Shown piece after piece: positions 18,983 to 29,199 of a stretch of DNA of 64,000 bases (positions within the stretch are counted from its first letter, which is position 1; the number at the start of each line of letters is the position of its first letter). The stretch comes from Anaerolineae bacterium (GTDB taxonomy: Bacteria; Chloroflexota; Anaerolineae; Anaerolineales; UBA11579). Position numbers and translations under genes: made by a program. Where the stretch lies: NCBI GenBank assembly GCA_004297445.1, contig SCUK01000025.1, positions 1,889-65,888 of the forward strand. The letters are read 5' to 3'. The notes under the pieces were generated by a model, which worked only from the letters and a program-made list of their open reading frames with translations, made no database searches and was not told where the DNA came from.

Positions 18983-20569
18983 TTAGAGTTGAATTGCCTT
19001 TCCAGTCACTGCCATAACACCGGGCAGTTCGTTCACCAAATCGCCCGCCATCACCGCCGCGGTACTGCCCAGCCGTTGGGCAGCCGCCAGCCCGGCCTGC
19101 CCATGGAGCCAGGCTCCGGCAGAAGCCGCTTCGAACGGCGGCATTCGCTGCGCCAACAGGCCGGTGATGATTCCAGCCAGCACATCCCCCGTGCCTGCCC
19201 GGGCCAGCGCCGGCGTTGCAACCGGAATGACGGTGGTACGCCCATCCGGAGCCGCTATGAGTGTGAACGCCCCTTTCAAGACTACGACGCAGTTCCACTC
19301 CAGAGCATAGCGTTCCGCCGCGCCCAGGCGATCCAGCTGAATCTCCTCTGCAGTCAGTCCTGTCAAATCCGCCATCTCTCCCGGATGAGGCGTCAGGATA
19401 GTGCCATTCGGCAATCGCTTGCCCCACGAATTCATGCCCGCTAATAGCCTGAGCGCCTCAGCATCCAGCACCAGGGGAGGCAAAGAAGACTCTGCCAGTA
19501 GTCCTGTTAGAAACGCTGCAGTCGCCGGGGTTCTTCCAAGCCCAGGGCCGACCAGCAACCCAGTAACCCGTTCCAGCGCCGCCAGCAACGTCGCGACAGC
19601 ATCAGGCGACAGATAGTGATCCTTATGGGGCAAAGGCAACCAGGTGGCTTCGGGAAAGTGTCCGGCCAGCGGAAGTTGGAGAGGCTCAGGGACGGCCAAC
19701 GTCACCCACCCCGCCCCGCTGCGAAACGCCGCTTTGCCTGCCAATAATGGCGCACCGGCATAATTACGCGAGCCGCCAACGATCATCGCCCGGCCAAACG
19801 TCCCTTTGTGTGAATCAAGTGGGCGATTCGGGAGCATTTCCCCTGCCATACTGGCAGTCATCACCCTTCGGGTCAGGCTTGCCAACGGTTCAAATCCGTC
19901 AGGCAACCCTATGCTCACGACCTCAAGGCGACCGACATAGCCAAATGCAGGGAGAGTCAACAATCCGCGCTTAACGGCAGCCATGCACACCGTAAGGTCA
20001 GCCACAAGCGTCTCCGGTGCAGCTTCGCCAGAGTCGCAGTCCACACCAGATGGGCAATCGACCGCCACAACGATTGGCTTTGTGGAAGCACTTTGCAGTG
20101 CGCCTTTTACACTCTGCAGGATTTGGGGCATTGGGTCTCTTAGCGGCAGCCGAGTGCCAGTCCCGAGCAGGCCATCCAACAACAGTCCGCAGCGCTCGAC
20201 TTCTTCTTCCAGTTCTTCGAAACCCTGTTCAAGTTCCAGCGAAAGTATCTTGCCGCCGGCGGTTCGAAGGCGATTCACCAGCGCATCGTCCGCGGCGCGC
20301 CCGGTTATGCAGGCTGCGGTTTGCCAGCCTGACACTGCCAACCATTCCAGTGCGATGAGTGTGTCGCCCCCATTGTTGCCTTTACCCACGAGGCCCACGC
20401 AACTCTTATTCCCGATTTGGCTATACGCATCGGATACGCATTCTGCCAGTGACCTGCCAGCTTTCTCCATCATCTGCGCGTAGCTCAACACACCCGCATC
20501 CGCGGCCCGTTCTACGGCCACCATTTCGGCCACGCTGACACATCGGGGGTGATGCACAAGTTCGGACAT
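18983..20569 (-). CDS. nnr: Bifunctional NAD(P)H-hydrate epimerase/dehydratase
   Basis: GKGNNGGD, DGLLGTG, VDCPSG, HKGTFG, LTPHPGE, AGTGDVL. Confidence 0.93.
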   Translation of the reverse strand: MSELVHHPRCVSVAEMVAVERAADAGVLSYAQMMEKAGRSLAECVSDAYSQIGNKSCVGLVGKGNNGGDTLIALEWLAVSGWQTAACITGRAADDALVNRLRTAGGKILSLELEQGFEELEEEVERCGLLLDGLLGTGTRLPLRDPMPQILQSVKGALQSASTKPIVVAVDCPSGVDCDSGEAAPETLVADLTVCMAAVKRGLLTLPAFGYVGRLEVVSIGLPDGFEPLASLTRRVMTASMAGEMLPNRPLDSHKGTFGRAMIVGGSRNYAGAPLLAGKAAFRSGAGWVTLAVPEPLQLPLAGHFPEATWLPLPHKDHYLSPDAVATLLAALERVTGLLVGPGLGRTPATAAFLTGLLAESSLPPLVLDAEALRLLAGMNSWGKRLPNGTILTPHPGEMADLTGLTAEEIQLDRLGAAERYALEWNCVVVLKGAFTLIAAPDGRTTVIPVATPALARAGTGDVLAGIITGLLAQRMPPFEAASAGAWLHGQAGLAAAQRLGSTAAVMAGDLVNELPGVMAVTGKAIQL

Positions 20570-20620
20570 GGCTCTCCGCTCACATGGTAGCCGAACGCCA
20601 ACAAGAGGACAAGTGCTGGC

Positions 20621-21604
20621 TCAAGTTGCCCTTGCCCGGTACCAGGCAACGGTATTCTTTAGCCCCTCCTCGATCGGCGTTGGCCTAAATCCGAGTTCCG
20701 AGCGCGCCTTGTCACTATTCACATCCCAGTCATTGAAGATGTAGTGCCGCAGGTTCAGCGGATAGAACGGTTCTCGCCGGCTCAATTTGGCGCTGGCCTC
20801 CATCAATATCGCCAGGAAGATCATAAGACGGCGAGGAGCCGGGAACCGCCAGGCGGGAATACCCAGCAATCGACTCACCATGCCGTTCACCGTGTTGTGC
20901 GAAATGGATCGATCACACACATTGTATATCTCCCCGGCGCGCCCAAGCGTAAGTGCTGACTGGGCTACCTCGGCAACATCCGGAACATAGGCCGAAAACG
21001 TAAGCCGCCGCCCTCCTTCTACTTTCACCCGCCAGCCCCTCATTGGCTCCTCAACGAACAGCCGGTTGAATCCGTACCGGCTACCCGGCCCATAATACGC
21101 GCCCGGCCGCAGAATAATCGCCGGCAACCCGCCGGCGGCTGCACGACTCAGGATTCCATGTTCTGCCGCCAGTTTGCTGCGCTGGTAGGCATCCTGGGGC
21201 TGGCATGGCGTGGTTTCTGTAATCACGCTGCCAGGCTTTGGGTCTCCGACCACCACAATGGTGGAAATGTGCACCAGCCGTTCAACCTGTGCCGCCTGGG
21301 CAGCTTCTGCCACATTAAAGGTCCCGTCAACATTGATATGGTCAAAATCCTGCGGCTGCCCCCAGAACCGGAAGAGACCTGCAGCATGAATCACGAAACG
21401 GCAACCGCTCATCGCCCGAAGTACGCTGTCCCAATTTGTGACATCCCCTTCAGAAATCTCGTACGTCATCCCTGCCAGAGAGGATAGATTGGCAGAAGGA
21501 CGAATCAATAACCGAACGGTGTGCCCTGATTCGGTTAGTTTTCGCACCAGGTGTTGCCCCAGAAAGCCGGTGCCTCCGGTGATCAAAACACGATTGCCGC
21601 TCAC
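20621..21604 (-). CDS. NAD-dependent epimerase/dehydratase (extended SDR, HpnA/3-beta-HSD-like)
   Basis: TGGTGFLG, HAAG, YQRSK, LRPG..YGP. Confidence 0.85.
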   Translation of the reverse strand: MSGNRVLITGGTGFLGQHLVRKLTESGHTVRLLIRPSANLSSLAGMTYEISEGDVTNWDSVLRAMSGCRFVIHAAGLFRFWGQPQDFDHINVDGTFNVAEAAQAAQVERLVHISTIVVVGDPKPGSVITETTPCQPQDAYQRSKLAAEHGILSRAAAGGLPAIILRPGAYYGPGSRYGFNRLFVEEPMRGWRVKVEGGRRLTFSAYVPDVAEVAQSALTLGRAGEIYNVCDRSISHNTVNGMVSRLLGIPAWRFPAPRRLMIFLAILMEASAKLSRREPFYPLNLRHYIFNDWDVNSDKARSELGFRPTPIEEGLKNTVAWYRARAT

Positions 21605-23415
21605 AACGGCTCAAGCGTCCATTTCAGGCCAAGCTCAACCAGTTTCGCTGCGGAGGGACGCCCGGTCTCCCAATCCCAGCCCCGGGCAGCGTAATAAGCA
21701 AGCAGCATTTCCTCGAAGGGGACTATATAGCCTGCAGAACCGCCATCAGGCATCGGTTCAAGGAAGGCCTTGGGAAGTGTGTCATTGGCGCGCGAGAGGC
21801 CCAGCCGGTTATTGATCAGGCGTTTGAGATTCCAGCCGCGCTCGCCGCACAGCATCATCTGCTCGAGCGTCCAATCCAACCCGCAGGCGGCATTGATGAG
21901 ATTCAACACGGTCTCCGGCGGCACATTTCCAAAGTAACAGATTACCAGGCTGTTGAATATCGTGCGCCAATCCTGATGCTTGGCAACGTTGGCGGCTTTT
22001 TCGGCACCCGCTTGTCGTTCATAAAACTCCATTCCCAACGTGTCTTCTACCTGGCCGATGTCAACCAGAAAGTAATCCGACTGGTTGTGACATGCCCCGC
22101 GCGGGGAAGTAGCATACACCAGCGCCATCCCGGATGCGCCACGCGGGTCATGGTAAGCCACTTCCAATCCATTGACCTGCACGGCCCGGTCTTCGGCGGC
22201 GTGGCGCCGACCCAACGCACGTGCCCCTTCGGCCAGGTGGGCGCCAAAACCTTCCCTCGCCGGAATCATGTGCAGTAAGCGTTCGACAATGTCATGATTT
22301 CCCCATTCAAGCGCAAGACCGCCCGTATCCTCTCTCGTCAGGATTCCCAGTTCAAACAGTGTGAATGCCAGCCCGAGCGTATTGCTCACGCTGATGCTGT
22401 CCATCCCATACGTATCGCAGATTTCGCCCATTCGGGTGACAAACGCGGCGTCATCAATCCACAGGTTGGAGCCAAAACCCATTAAGGTTTCATATTCTGG
22501 GCCTTTGCGTTTGTGTTTTTCGCCCGGCAACTGCACCACCCGGCCGCAGGCTACCACACAGGCGTGACAGGCGGAATACCCTACCAGGATGGTTTCGCTG
22601 ATGGTTGCTCCCGATATCCTTTCCACCCCTTCCATCACCCCGCTTTGAAAATGTTTCTTCGGCATTTCGCCGAGATAGTCGAAATAATCGGCCGCCGAGG
22701 CGGATCCAAGCTCGCGCAGGGTTAGCGTAAAATTGTCGGTTTTCAGGGCCCGGTTCGCCGCCGAACGCAGCGGGTCGTAGCCTTCGGCATCCGCTACAGG
22801 GATGGGATGCGATCCACGCACTGCAATCGCCTTCACCAGCTTGCTTCCCAGCACCGCGCCCATGCCGGTGCGTCCAGCCACCCGGCCGTGGTCAGCAAGC
22901 AGCAGAGCGGCAGGCAGCAGGTTTTCGCCGGCCAAACCAATCCCCAGAACGCGCGCCGCGCGCCCCTTGATTTCGGCATTGACTGAGTCTTGTACTGTAT
23001 ACGTATCCTGCCCCCAGAGATGGTCCGCCGGCCGAATATCCACTTCGCCGTCATCCACAAACAGGTAAACCGGGCCCTCGGACTTTCCCGTCAACAGCAA
23101 GCCATCAAAACCGGTCTTGCGCAGTTCCACTCCCCAAAATCCGCCGCAATTGCTTTCTCCCCACAGCCCGGTGGCCGGGCTCTTGGCGCATACTACGAAG
23201 CGTCCGACGGTTGGGCCGGACGTGCCGGAAAGCGGCCCGTTCAGAAACAACAGTGGGGCTTCAGGTGAAAGTGGGTCCAGCTCAAGGGTGATGGCATCAA
23301 AGAGGATGCGCGCGGCCAGTGATGCCCCGCCCAGATAATCGCGCTGCCAGTCCGAAGGGATTTCAATGACCCCGGTTTCCCCCGTTGTGAGGTCAATCGT
23401 GAGGATGGGCTGCAT
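21601..23415 (-). CDS. Aldehyde:ferredoxin oxidoreductase family (W/Mo-pterin)
   Basis: KSPATG, SNCGG.WG, AGRTGMGAV.GSK..KAI, CHACVVAC, GPEYET, RGACH. Confidence 0.92.
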   Translation of the reverse strand: MQPILTIDLTTGETGVIEIPSDWQRDYLGGASLAARILFDAITLELDPLSPEAPLLFLNGPLSGTSGPTVGRFVVCAKSPATGLWGESNCGGFWGVELRKTGFDGLLLTGKSEGPVYLFVDDGEVDIRPADHLWGQDTYTVQDSVNAEIKGRAARVLGIGLAGENLLPAALLLADHGRVAGRTGMGAVLGSKLVKAIAVRGSHPIPVADAEGYDPLRSAANRALKTDNFTLTLRELGSASAADYFDYLGEMPKKHFQSGVMEGVERISGATISETILVGYSACHACVVACGRVVQLPGEKHKRKGPEYETLMGFGSNLWIDDAAFVTRMGEICDTYGMDSISVSNTLGLAFTLFELGILTREDTGGLALEWGNHDIVERLLHMIPAREGFGAHLAEGARALGRRHAAEDRAVQVNGLEVAYHDPRGASGMALVYATSPRGACHNQSDYFLVDIGQVEDTLGMEFYERQAGAEKAANVAKHQDWRTIFNSLVICYFGNVPPETVLNLINAACGLDWTLEQMMLCGERGWNLKRLINNRLGLSRANDTLPKAFLEPMPDGGSAGYIVPFEEMLLAYYAARGWDWETGRPSAAKLVELGLKWTLEPL

Positions 23416-23420
23416 GATGT

Positions 23421-23834
23421 TCAGTCGCCGAGGACTTTGTCGGTTACGTCCTGAACACAACGCACGAATTCCAGAACAGTCGGCACATTGCGCATCATAT
23501 ACGGCATGCTTCCCTTCACGCCCAGTTTGCGCGTCAGCATCGCCTGCATTGGATCCAGCTTTCCTTTCAGTACTTTGACGATATTCTCATAGGAAGCGGT
23601 CAGGTCAAAGGCCGCTTCGGTCGGGTCGCCGGCCGGCACCATTCGAATTGACCGGCATTTCCCGTGCCACAGGTCGAGATAGAAACAAAGCGGTTCCACC
23701 AGCGCCCCTGTTGGTTCAATGTGAAAGATCAGGTCTCCTTCCCAGTTTCGGGCGATGTGCGCGTACTTCTCATCCTGGTTGATGTAATCCTTGAGCTCAA
23801 TGAGCCATTCTTCGCTGGGAAATATGCTGGGCAT
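23421..23834 (-). CDS. SCP2 sterol/lipid-binding domain protein
   Basis: FPSEEW...LDPMQAMLTRKL.VKG.M; AGGAG RBS. Confidence 0.85.
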   Translation of the reverse strand: MPSIFPSEEWLIELKDYINQDEKYAHIARNWEGDLIFHIEPTGALVEPLCFYLDLWHGKCRSIRMVPAGDPTEAAFDLTASYENIVKVLKGKLDPMQAMLTRKLGVKGSMPYMMRNVPTVLEFVRCVQDVTDKVLGD

Positions 23835-23905
23835 GGGTTTCTCCTGATGACTACAGCAATTATACGCGATGCGGGCAATGGGCCCGGCCATCCTCCTGCA
23901 AATCC

Positions 23906-23952
23906 TTGACACGGAAACAAATCCTGTTATAGTTCAATAGATATTGAACTAT
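23906..23952 (+). promoter_or_regulatory. ars promoter with ArsR-type inverted-repeat operator
   Basis: TTGACA 23906, TATAGT 23928; 11-2-11 palindrome ATAGTTCAATA-GA-TATTGAACTAT 23929-23952. Confidence 0.85.
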
Positions 23953-23953
23953 T

Positions 23954-24799
23954 ATGTCGAGCAGAAAATCCCCTTCCTCCCTGGCAGACCTCGCTTCAAT
24001 CCTCAAAGTGCTGGCCGATTCCCAACGCCTGCAGATTCTCAACCTCATCATCGAAGGCACGCACACCAGCCGCGCCCTGTCCGCGGCAACCGGCCTCTCA
24101 AAGAATTTGCTCTCCCATCATCTTAAGACGCTCAAGGACGCCGGATTGGTCAAAGTGGACCGCGATCCCCTCGACCAGCGCTGGCAGTACCACACCCCTG
24201 ATTCGCATCGTCTCACCGAAGTGCAATTTCTTCTCTCCCATTTTCTTCACCCCGCACGCATCCAACCCCGTAGCGGCATTTACGGCCCTCACGGCCAACC
24301 AGCCCCTTACCAGCCCCCGCGCCACATCCAGTTTGACAAGGAGTTCGGCATGACCAGTACAAAGATAAAGATGATATTCCTCTGCAGTGGCAATTCTGCC
24401 CGCAGCCAGATGGCCGAAGCATTTCTGCGCCATCACGCTGGGGACGATTTCGAGGTGTACAGCGCCGGCACGGAACCAAAGGGGATGAACCCGTACACCG
24501 TGCGCGCCATGGACGAATTGGGCATCGATATGAGCGGCCATCATTCCAAGAGCGTGCGTGAATTTCTCGGCCATATGAACTTTGGTTACGTCATCACTGT
24601 GTGTGATGATGCCGAAGAAAATTGCCCGGCGGTCTTCCTCTCCCAGGGTCAGCACCTCCACTGGAGCTTTGAAGACCCGGCCAAAGCCGCAGGCTCCGAC
24701 GAGGAAGTCCTCGCCAAATTCAGGGGCGTACGCGACCAGATTAATAACCGTATCCAGGCCTGGCTTACTGAATTGGAAACCATCGCCTCACTCAATTAG
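23954..24799 (+). CDS. arsR-arsC: ArsR-family regulator fused to thioredoxin-type arsenate reductase ArsC
   Basis: LKVLADSQRLQIL..LSHHLKTLKDAGLV wHTH; FLCSGNSARSQMAE (CX5R), VITVCDDAEENCP, HWSFEDP. Confidence 0.88.
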   Translation: MSSRKSPSSLADLASILKVLADSQRLQILNLIIEGTHTSRALSAATGLSKNLLSHHLKTLKDAGLVKVDRDPLDQRWQYHTPDSHRLTEVQFLLSHFLHPARIQPRSGIYGPHGQPAPYQPPRHIQFDKEFGMTSTKIKMIFLCSGNSARSQMAEAFLRHHAGDDFEVYSAGTEPKGMNPYTVRAMDELGIDMSGHHSKSVREFLGHMNFGYVITVCDDAEENCPAVFLSQGQHLHWSFEDPAKAAGSDEEVLAKFRGVRDQINNRIQAWLTELETIASLN

Positions 24800-24881
24800 G
24801 GGACAGTTGTCATCTCGCCATTTCTCAACTCGGGAATAGAATCCGAACGATACTTCCTTCACAGCCAGAGGAACCTGTCCC

Positions 24882-25943
24882 ATGCCCTCTTCTACCGCCA
24901 GACTTTCCTTCCTTGACCGCTACCTCACCCTCTGGATTTTCCTCGCCATGGGGCTCGGAGTCCTCGTCGGATACATGATGCCGGTCACCGTTTCAGCATT
25001 TAATGAAGCGGTCAGCATCGGCACCACCAACATTCCCATTGCCGTCGGTCTCATTGTCATGATGTACCCACCCCTGGCAAAAGTTCACTACGAAAGCCTC
25101 GGTGACGTCTTCCGCAACCGCCGCGTCCTCGCGCTGAGCCTCATCCAGAATTGGTTGATTGGCCCGATCCTCATGTTTGCGCTCGCTGTCATTTTTCTGC
25201 GCGGTTACCCGGAATACATGGCCGGGCTGATCATGATTGGTTTGGCGCGTTGCATCGCCATGGTCATCGTCTGGAACGAACTTGCCAAAGGCGATAGTGA
25301 ATACGCCGCCGGCCTTGTAGCGTTCAACAGCATCTTTCAGGTATTCTTCTACAGCCTTTACGCCTATGTCTTCGTCACGCTGTTGCCGAGCGTGTTCGGG
25401 CTGGAAGGCAGCTTGGTCCAAATCACCATCAGCGAAATTGCTCAAAGCGTCTTCATCTACCTTGGCATTCCCTTTCTCGCTGGTTTTCTGACCCGCCTCG
25501 TCCTACTGCGCGTAAAGGGCAAGGACTGGTACGAAAAAGTGTTTATCCCGCGCATAAGTCCGCTTACCCTCATCGCCCTACTATTCACGATCATTGTGAT
25601 GTTCAGCCTGAAGGGCAACCTGATTGTCACTATCCCTGGCGACGTGGTAAGAATTGCCATTCCATTAATTATCTATTTCGTAGTGATGTTCCTGGTCAGC
25701 TTCTGGATGGGCAGAAAAGTTGGCGCGGACTATTCAAAGACCGCCACGCTGGCTTTCACCGCCGCCAGTAACAACTTTGAACTCGCCATCGCGGTATCAG
25801 TCGCCGTGTTCGGCCTGCACTCTGGCGCCGCCTTTGCCGCCGTGATCGGTCCGCTGGTAGAAGTTCCGGTCATGATCTGGCTAGTGAATATCGCCCTGCG
25901 GTTCCAGAAAAAGTACTTCGCCCCACCCGTTCCGGCACAATAA
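24882..25943 (+). CDS. acr3: ACR3 arsenite efflux transporter
   Basis: [44 protein letters not shown]. Confidence 0.95.
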   Translation: MPSSTARLSFLDRYLTLWIFLAMGLGVLVGYMMPVTVSAFNEAVSIGTTNIPIAVGLIVMMYPPLAKVHYESLGDVFRNRRVLALSLIQNWLIGPILMFALAVIFLRGYPEYMAGLIMIGLARCIAMVIVWNELAKGDSEYAAGLVAFNSIFQVFFYSLYAYVFVTLLPSVFGLEGSLVQITISEIAQSVFIYLGIPFLAGFLTRLVLLRVKGKDWYEKVFIPRISPLTLIALLFTIIVMFSLKGNLIVTIPGDVVRIAIPLIIYFVVMFLVSFWMGRKVGADYSKTATLAFTAASNNFELAIAVSVAVFGLHSGAAFAAVIGPLVEVPVMIWLVNIALRFQKKYFAPPVPAQ

Positions 25944-25961
25944 CATTCATCAGGAAATACA

Positions 25962-25989
25962 AAACGCCCGGCTATAATGCCGGGCGTTG
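25962..25989. terminator. Hairpin between convergent acr3 and tRNA
   Basis: AACGCCCGG ... CCGGGCGTT inverted repeat. Confidence 0.6.
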
Positions 25990-26000
25990 CTATCCTTTAG

Positions 26001-26082
26001 TGCGCTGGGAGGGAATCGAACCCTCACGCCTTGCGGCACATGGCCCTCAACCATGCCTGTCTGCCAGTTCCAGCACCAGCGC
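26001..26082 (-). tRNA. tRNA-Leu (anticodon GAG), CCA not encoded
   Basis: GCGCTGG acceptor / CCAGCGC-A, anticodon arm CATGG-TTGAGGG-CCATG, long variable arm, GGTTCGATTCC T-loop; upstream TTGACA/TATAAT on minus strand. Confidence 0.95.
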
Positions 26083-26197
26083 CAATAGGTTAACAGGCGT
26101 ATTATAATCGTCAAGTAGCCCATGTCAAGAATGGCCCACACACATGGCTTCAGGGTTTGGCCCCACACCTGAACGATTCAACCTTGAGGAGAGGCCC

Positions 26198-27190
26198 ATG
26201 ACTGCCCGCATTATCCTGGACGCTATGGGAAGCGACACCCACCCCGCGCCGGAAGTGGAAGCCGCCATTGAAGCGGCCCGCTTGTTTGGCGACGAGATCA
26301 TCCTCGCCGGCGACGAAGCGCGCCTCAAACCGTTGCTTAAAGGCGCTGCCGGGGTACGCATCGTCCACGCCCCGGATGTCTTCGAAATGACCGATAAGAT
26401 TTCGCCGGGCGCACTGCGCAAGGTGCAAAGCTCAATGGGCGTCGCGGTTGACCTGCTCAAGGCTGGCGAAGCAGACGCCTTCGTCACCGCCGGCAACACC
26501 GGTGGTGCCATGGCTATCTCGCTGGCCCGGTTGGGGCGTATGCGCGGCGTGAAGCGGCCCGCCCTGAGTGCCCTCTTCCCCGTCAAGGGCGGGCATTGCG
26601 TTGTGGCCGATGTCGGCGCGAACACGGAATGCCGCCCCGAATACCTCGTTCAATTCGCCAGAATGGGCGCCGTCTATGCGCAACTGGCATTGGGTAAATC
26701 CAACCCGCGCGTCGGCTTGCTGGCCAACGGTGAAGAGGAAATGAAAGGCAATGACCTCGTCAAGGAAACGCACCCACTACTCAAGGCCAGCGGGCTGAAT
26801 TTCATTGGCAATGTTGAAGGCAAGGAGCTGTTCGGCGGCCAGGCCGATGTGGTGGTGACGGACGGCTTCACCGGCAACATTCTGCTTAAATCAAGCGAAG
26901 CAGTGGCAAAACTACTCATCGACACCCTGCGCGCTGAGTTGATGGGCAGCCTCCGCACCAAACTCGGCGCGCTCCTGGCACGCCCCGCTTTTAATGCCCT
27001 GCGCAAACTGCTGGATCCGGCCGAAATCGGGGCGGTACCACTACTGGGACTGGACGGGCTGGTCTTCGTGGGTCACGGCCGTTCCGATGCGCGCGCTCTG
27101 GTGAGCGCCATCCATACCGCCCGCGTTGCCGTAGAAGCAAACCTCATGGATTCCCTGCGCCGGGCAATGGGCACGGAAACCAGCGACTAA
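26198..27190 (+). CDS. plsX: Phosphate acyltransferase PlsX
   Basis: LDAMGSD, AGNTGG, RPAL, DVGAN, FIGNVEG, VTDGFTGN, HGRS. Confidence 0.95.
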   Translation: MTARIILDAMGSDTHPAPEVEAAIEAARLFGDEIILAGDEARLKPLLKGAAGVRIVHAPDVFEMTDKISPGALRKVQSSMGVAVDLLKAGEADAFVTAGNTGGAMAISLARLGRMRGVKRPALSALFPVKGGHCVVADVGANTECRPEYLVQFARMGAVYAQLALGKSNPRVGLLANGEEEMKGNDLVKETHPLLKASGLNFIGNVEGKELFGGQADVVVTDGFTGNILLKSSEAVAKLLIDTLRAELMGSLRTKLGALLARPAFNALRKLLDPAEIGAVPLLGLDGLVFVGHGRSDARALVSAIHTARVAVEANLMDSLRRAMGTETSD

Positions 27191-27216
27191 CCCAACTTGA
27201 AAAGAGACCTTATCGA

Positions 27217-28476
27217 ATGAATAGACCGGACTATCAACGGCCAAACGTGGTCATCACCGGCATGGGCGTAATTAGCGTGCTGGGCAATACGATTGGCGAA
27301 TTCTGGAACAATCTAATCGAAGGCAAGTCGGGCATCAGCCGCATCACCGCTTTTGATGCCAGCGGCTTCCCCTGCCAGATTGCCGGTGAAATCCGAGACT
27401 TCGACCCCGGCCAATACATGGAAATCAAAGAGGCACGTCGCATGCCGCGCTCCAGCCAGATGGCTCTGGCAGCCGCCATCCAGGCCGTGCGGGACGCCGG
27501 TCTGCCGGACACGATGCCGGAACCGGAGCGCGCCGGGGTCATGTTTGGCACGGCCATGGGTGGCGTCGATTTTATTGATGACGGCATTACCGGGATTCGG
27601 GCCAAAGGCTACAAAGGCATTTCCCCGTTCACCGCCGGAGGCGCAATCCCCAATTTCCCTGCCTTCATGGTGAGCAAGGAGTTTCAGTGCCTTGGCCCCA
27701 ACAACACCACCACCACGGCCTGCGCGGCCGGCACCCAGGCCGTGGGTGAAGGTGCGGAACTGATACGCCGCGGCGCAGCCGACCTGGTCATTGTTGGCGG
27801 CACCGAAGCCTTCATCCGCGATTTTGGCGTGGGCGGCTTCGCCGCAATGCGGGCGTTGCCGACGTCGTACAACGATGACCCCGAACATGCCTCACGGCCA
27901 TTCGACGCCAAACGCGAAGGGTTCATCCTGTCGGAAGGCGCTGCCGCGTTGGTGCTGGAAAGCGAAGAACACGCCAAAGCCCGCGGGGCGCGCGTGCTGG
28001 CCCGCCTGTTGGGTCAGGCCAGCAGCAGCGATGGCTACCATGTGGCCGCGCCCGACCCCGACAACAAAGGCAAGACCCGGGCGATGCGCTGGGCGCTGGA
28101 CGATGCCAGCCTGTCGCCTGACAGTATCGACTACATCAACGCCCACGGCACGAGTACAGAGCAAAACGACGCCTCGGAAACACAGGCCATAAAGACTGTG
28201 TTTGGCGACCACGCCTACAAGCTGGCCATCAGCAGTACAAAATCCATGATGGGCCATGCCATGGGCGCATCCGGCGCCCTCGAGACGGTCATTTGTGTAT
28301 TGGCCATCCAGCATGGCATGATTCCGCCAACCATCAACCTCGATACTCCAGACCCAGAATGTGACCTGGATTACACGCCCAACACACCGCGCAAACGGCC
28401 GATCAAGACCGCCCTCAGCAATTCATTTGGGCTGGGTGGTCAGAATGCAGTCGTCATTGTGGGCTCGTATGACTGA
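27217..28476 (+). CDS. fabF: Beta-ketoacyl-ACP synthase II (second paralog)
   Basis: VVITGMG, TACAAG, INAHGTST, KSMMGH, SNSFGLGG. Confidence 0.92.
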   Translation: MNRPDYQRPNVVITGMGVISVLGNTIGEFWNNLIEGKSGISRITAFDASGFPCQIAGEIRDFDPGQYMEIKEARRMPRSSQMALAAAIQAVRDAGLPDTMPEPERAGVMFGTAMGGVDFIDDGITGIRAKGYKGISPFTAGGAIPNFPAFMVSKEFQCLGPNNTTTTACAAGTQAVGEGAELIRRGAADLVIVGGTEAFIRDFGVGGFAAMRALPTSYNDDPEHASRPFDAKREGFILSEGAAALVLESEEHAKARGARVLARLLGQASSSDGYHVAAPDPDNKGKTRAMRWALDDASLSPDSIDYINAHGTSTEQNDASETQAIKTVFGDHAYKLAISSTKSMMGHAMGASGALETVICVLAIQHGMIPPTINLDTPDPECDLDYTPNTPRKRPIKTALSNSFGLGGQNAVVIVGSYD

Positions 28477-28494
28477 CGTCGCGCCACGAATTTG

Positions 28495-29187
28495 ATGAAA
28501 ATCTATAACAACGACGCCCTCATCAAGCGCAACAAGCAAATTGGCATGGTCTCCGCGCTCCTTGCGCCAGTGCTCATGCTGGTCGGCGCCCAATTCATCA
28601 CCACCTCCCGCGAAGGCCTGCTGATCTCGCTGGCGTTAATTGTGGTGGCCTTCATCCTATTTCAGATTGGCATCGCCCTCAGAAAATTCGGCCAGGGCGG
28701 CGAAATCCGCTTCGCCGAAGCCCTGAAAAAACTGGACAACACATATTCGCTGTTCAATTTCGTCAGTCCTGCCGGGCATCTGCTTGTCGGACCAACCGGC
28801 ATCTGGATCCTCATCCCACGTTTCGTGCGCGGCACCCTGACCTACAACCCGAAACGCCGACGCTGGGTCGTCTTGCGCAAGAGCACACTGAACAAGGTCC
28901 TGGGGCCCTTGTTTGGAAGCATTGGCCGGCCGGAATTTGACCTCGCCAATGATGCCGAAGCGCTTGACCTTTTCCTGCAAAAGCACTGGGAACACGAAGC
29001 GAGTCCGCACATTCAGGGCGCCATCGTGGTAATGAACGACGAAGGCGATGTGGATGCTAAAGATGCACCCGTTCCCGCGGTTCATTTGGGCAAACTTCGT
29101 GCTTACATTCGCCAACACGAAGGCAAATCACAAATGAGTTCCGGGACACTTAAGCAATTTACCGACTTACTAATCCCCTCTGAGTGA
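28495..29187 (+). CDS. Membrane protein with degenerate NERD-like domain
   Basis: Two N-terminal TM helices; GE.RF..AL..L, GHLLVGPTGIWIL resembles the NERD core. Confidence 0.55.
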   Translation: MKIYNNDALIKRNKQIGMVSALLAPVLMLVGAQFITTSREGLLISLALIVVAFILFQIGIALRKFGQGGEIRFAEALKKLDNTYSLFNFVSPAGHLLVGPTGIWILIPRFVRGTLTYNPKRRRWVVLRKSTLNKVLGPLFGSIGRPEFDLANDAEALDLFLQKHWEHEASPHIQGAIVVMNDEGDVDAKDAPVPAVHLGKLRAYIRQHEGKSQMSSGTLKQFTDLLIPSE

Positions 29188-29199
29188 ACCTCGCGGCCA

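Noticed and set aside
23954-26082. ars genes as a genomic island integrated at tRNA-Leu
   Set aside because: No integrase and no duplicated tRNA 3' end seen on the far side
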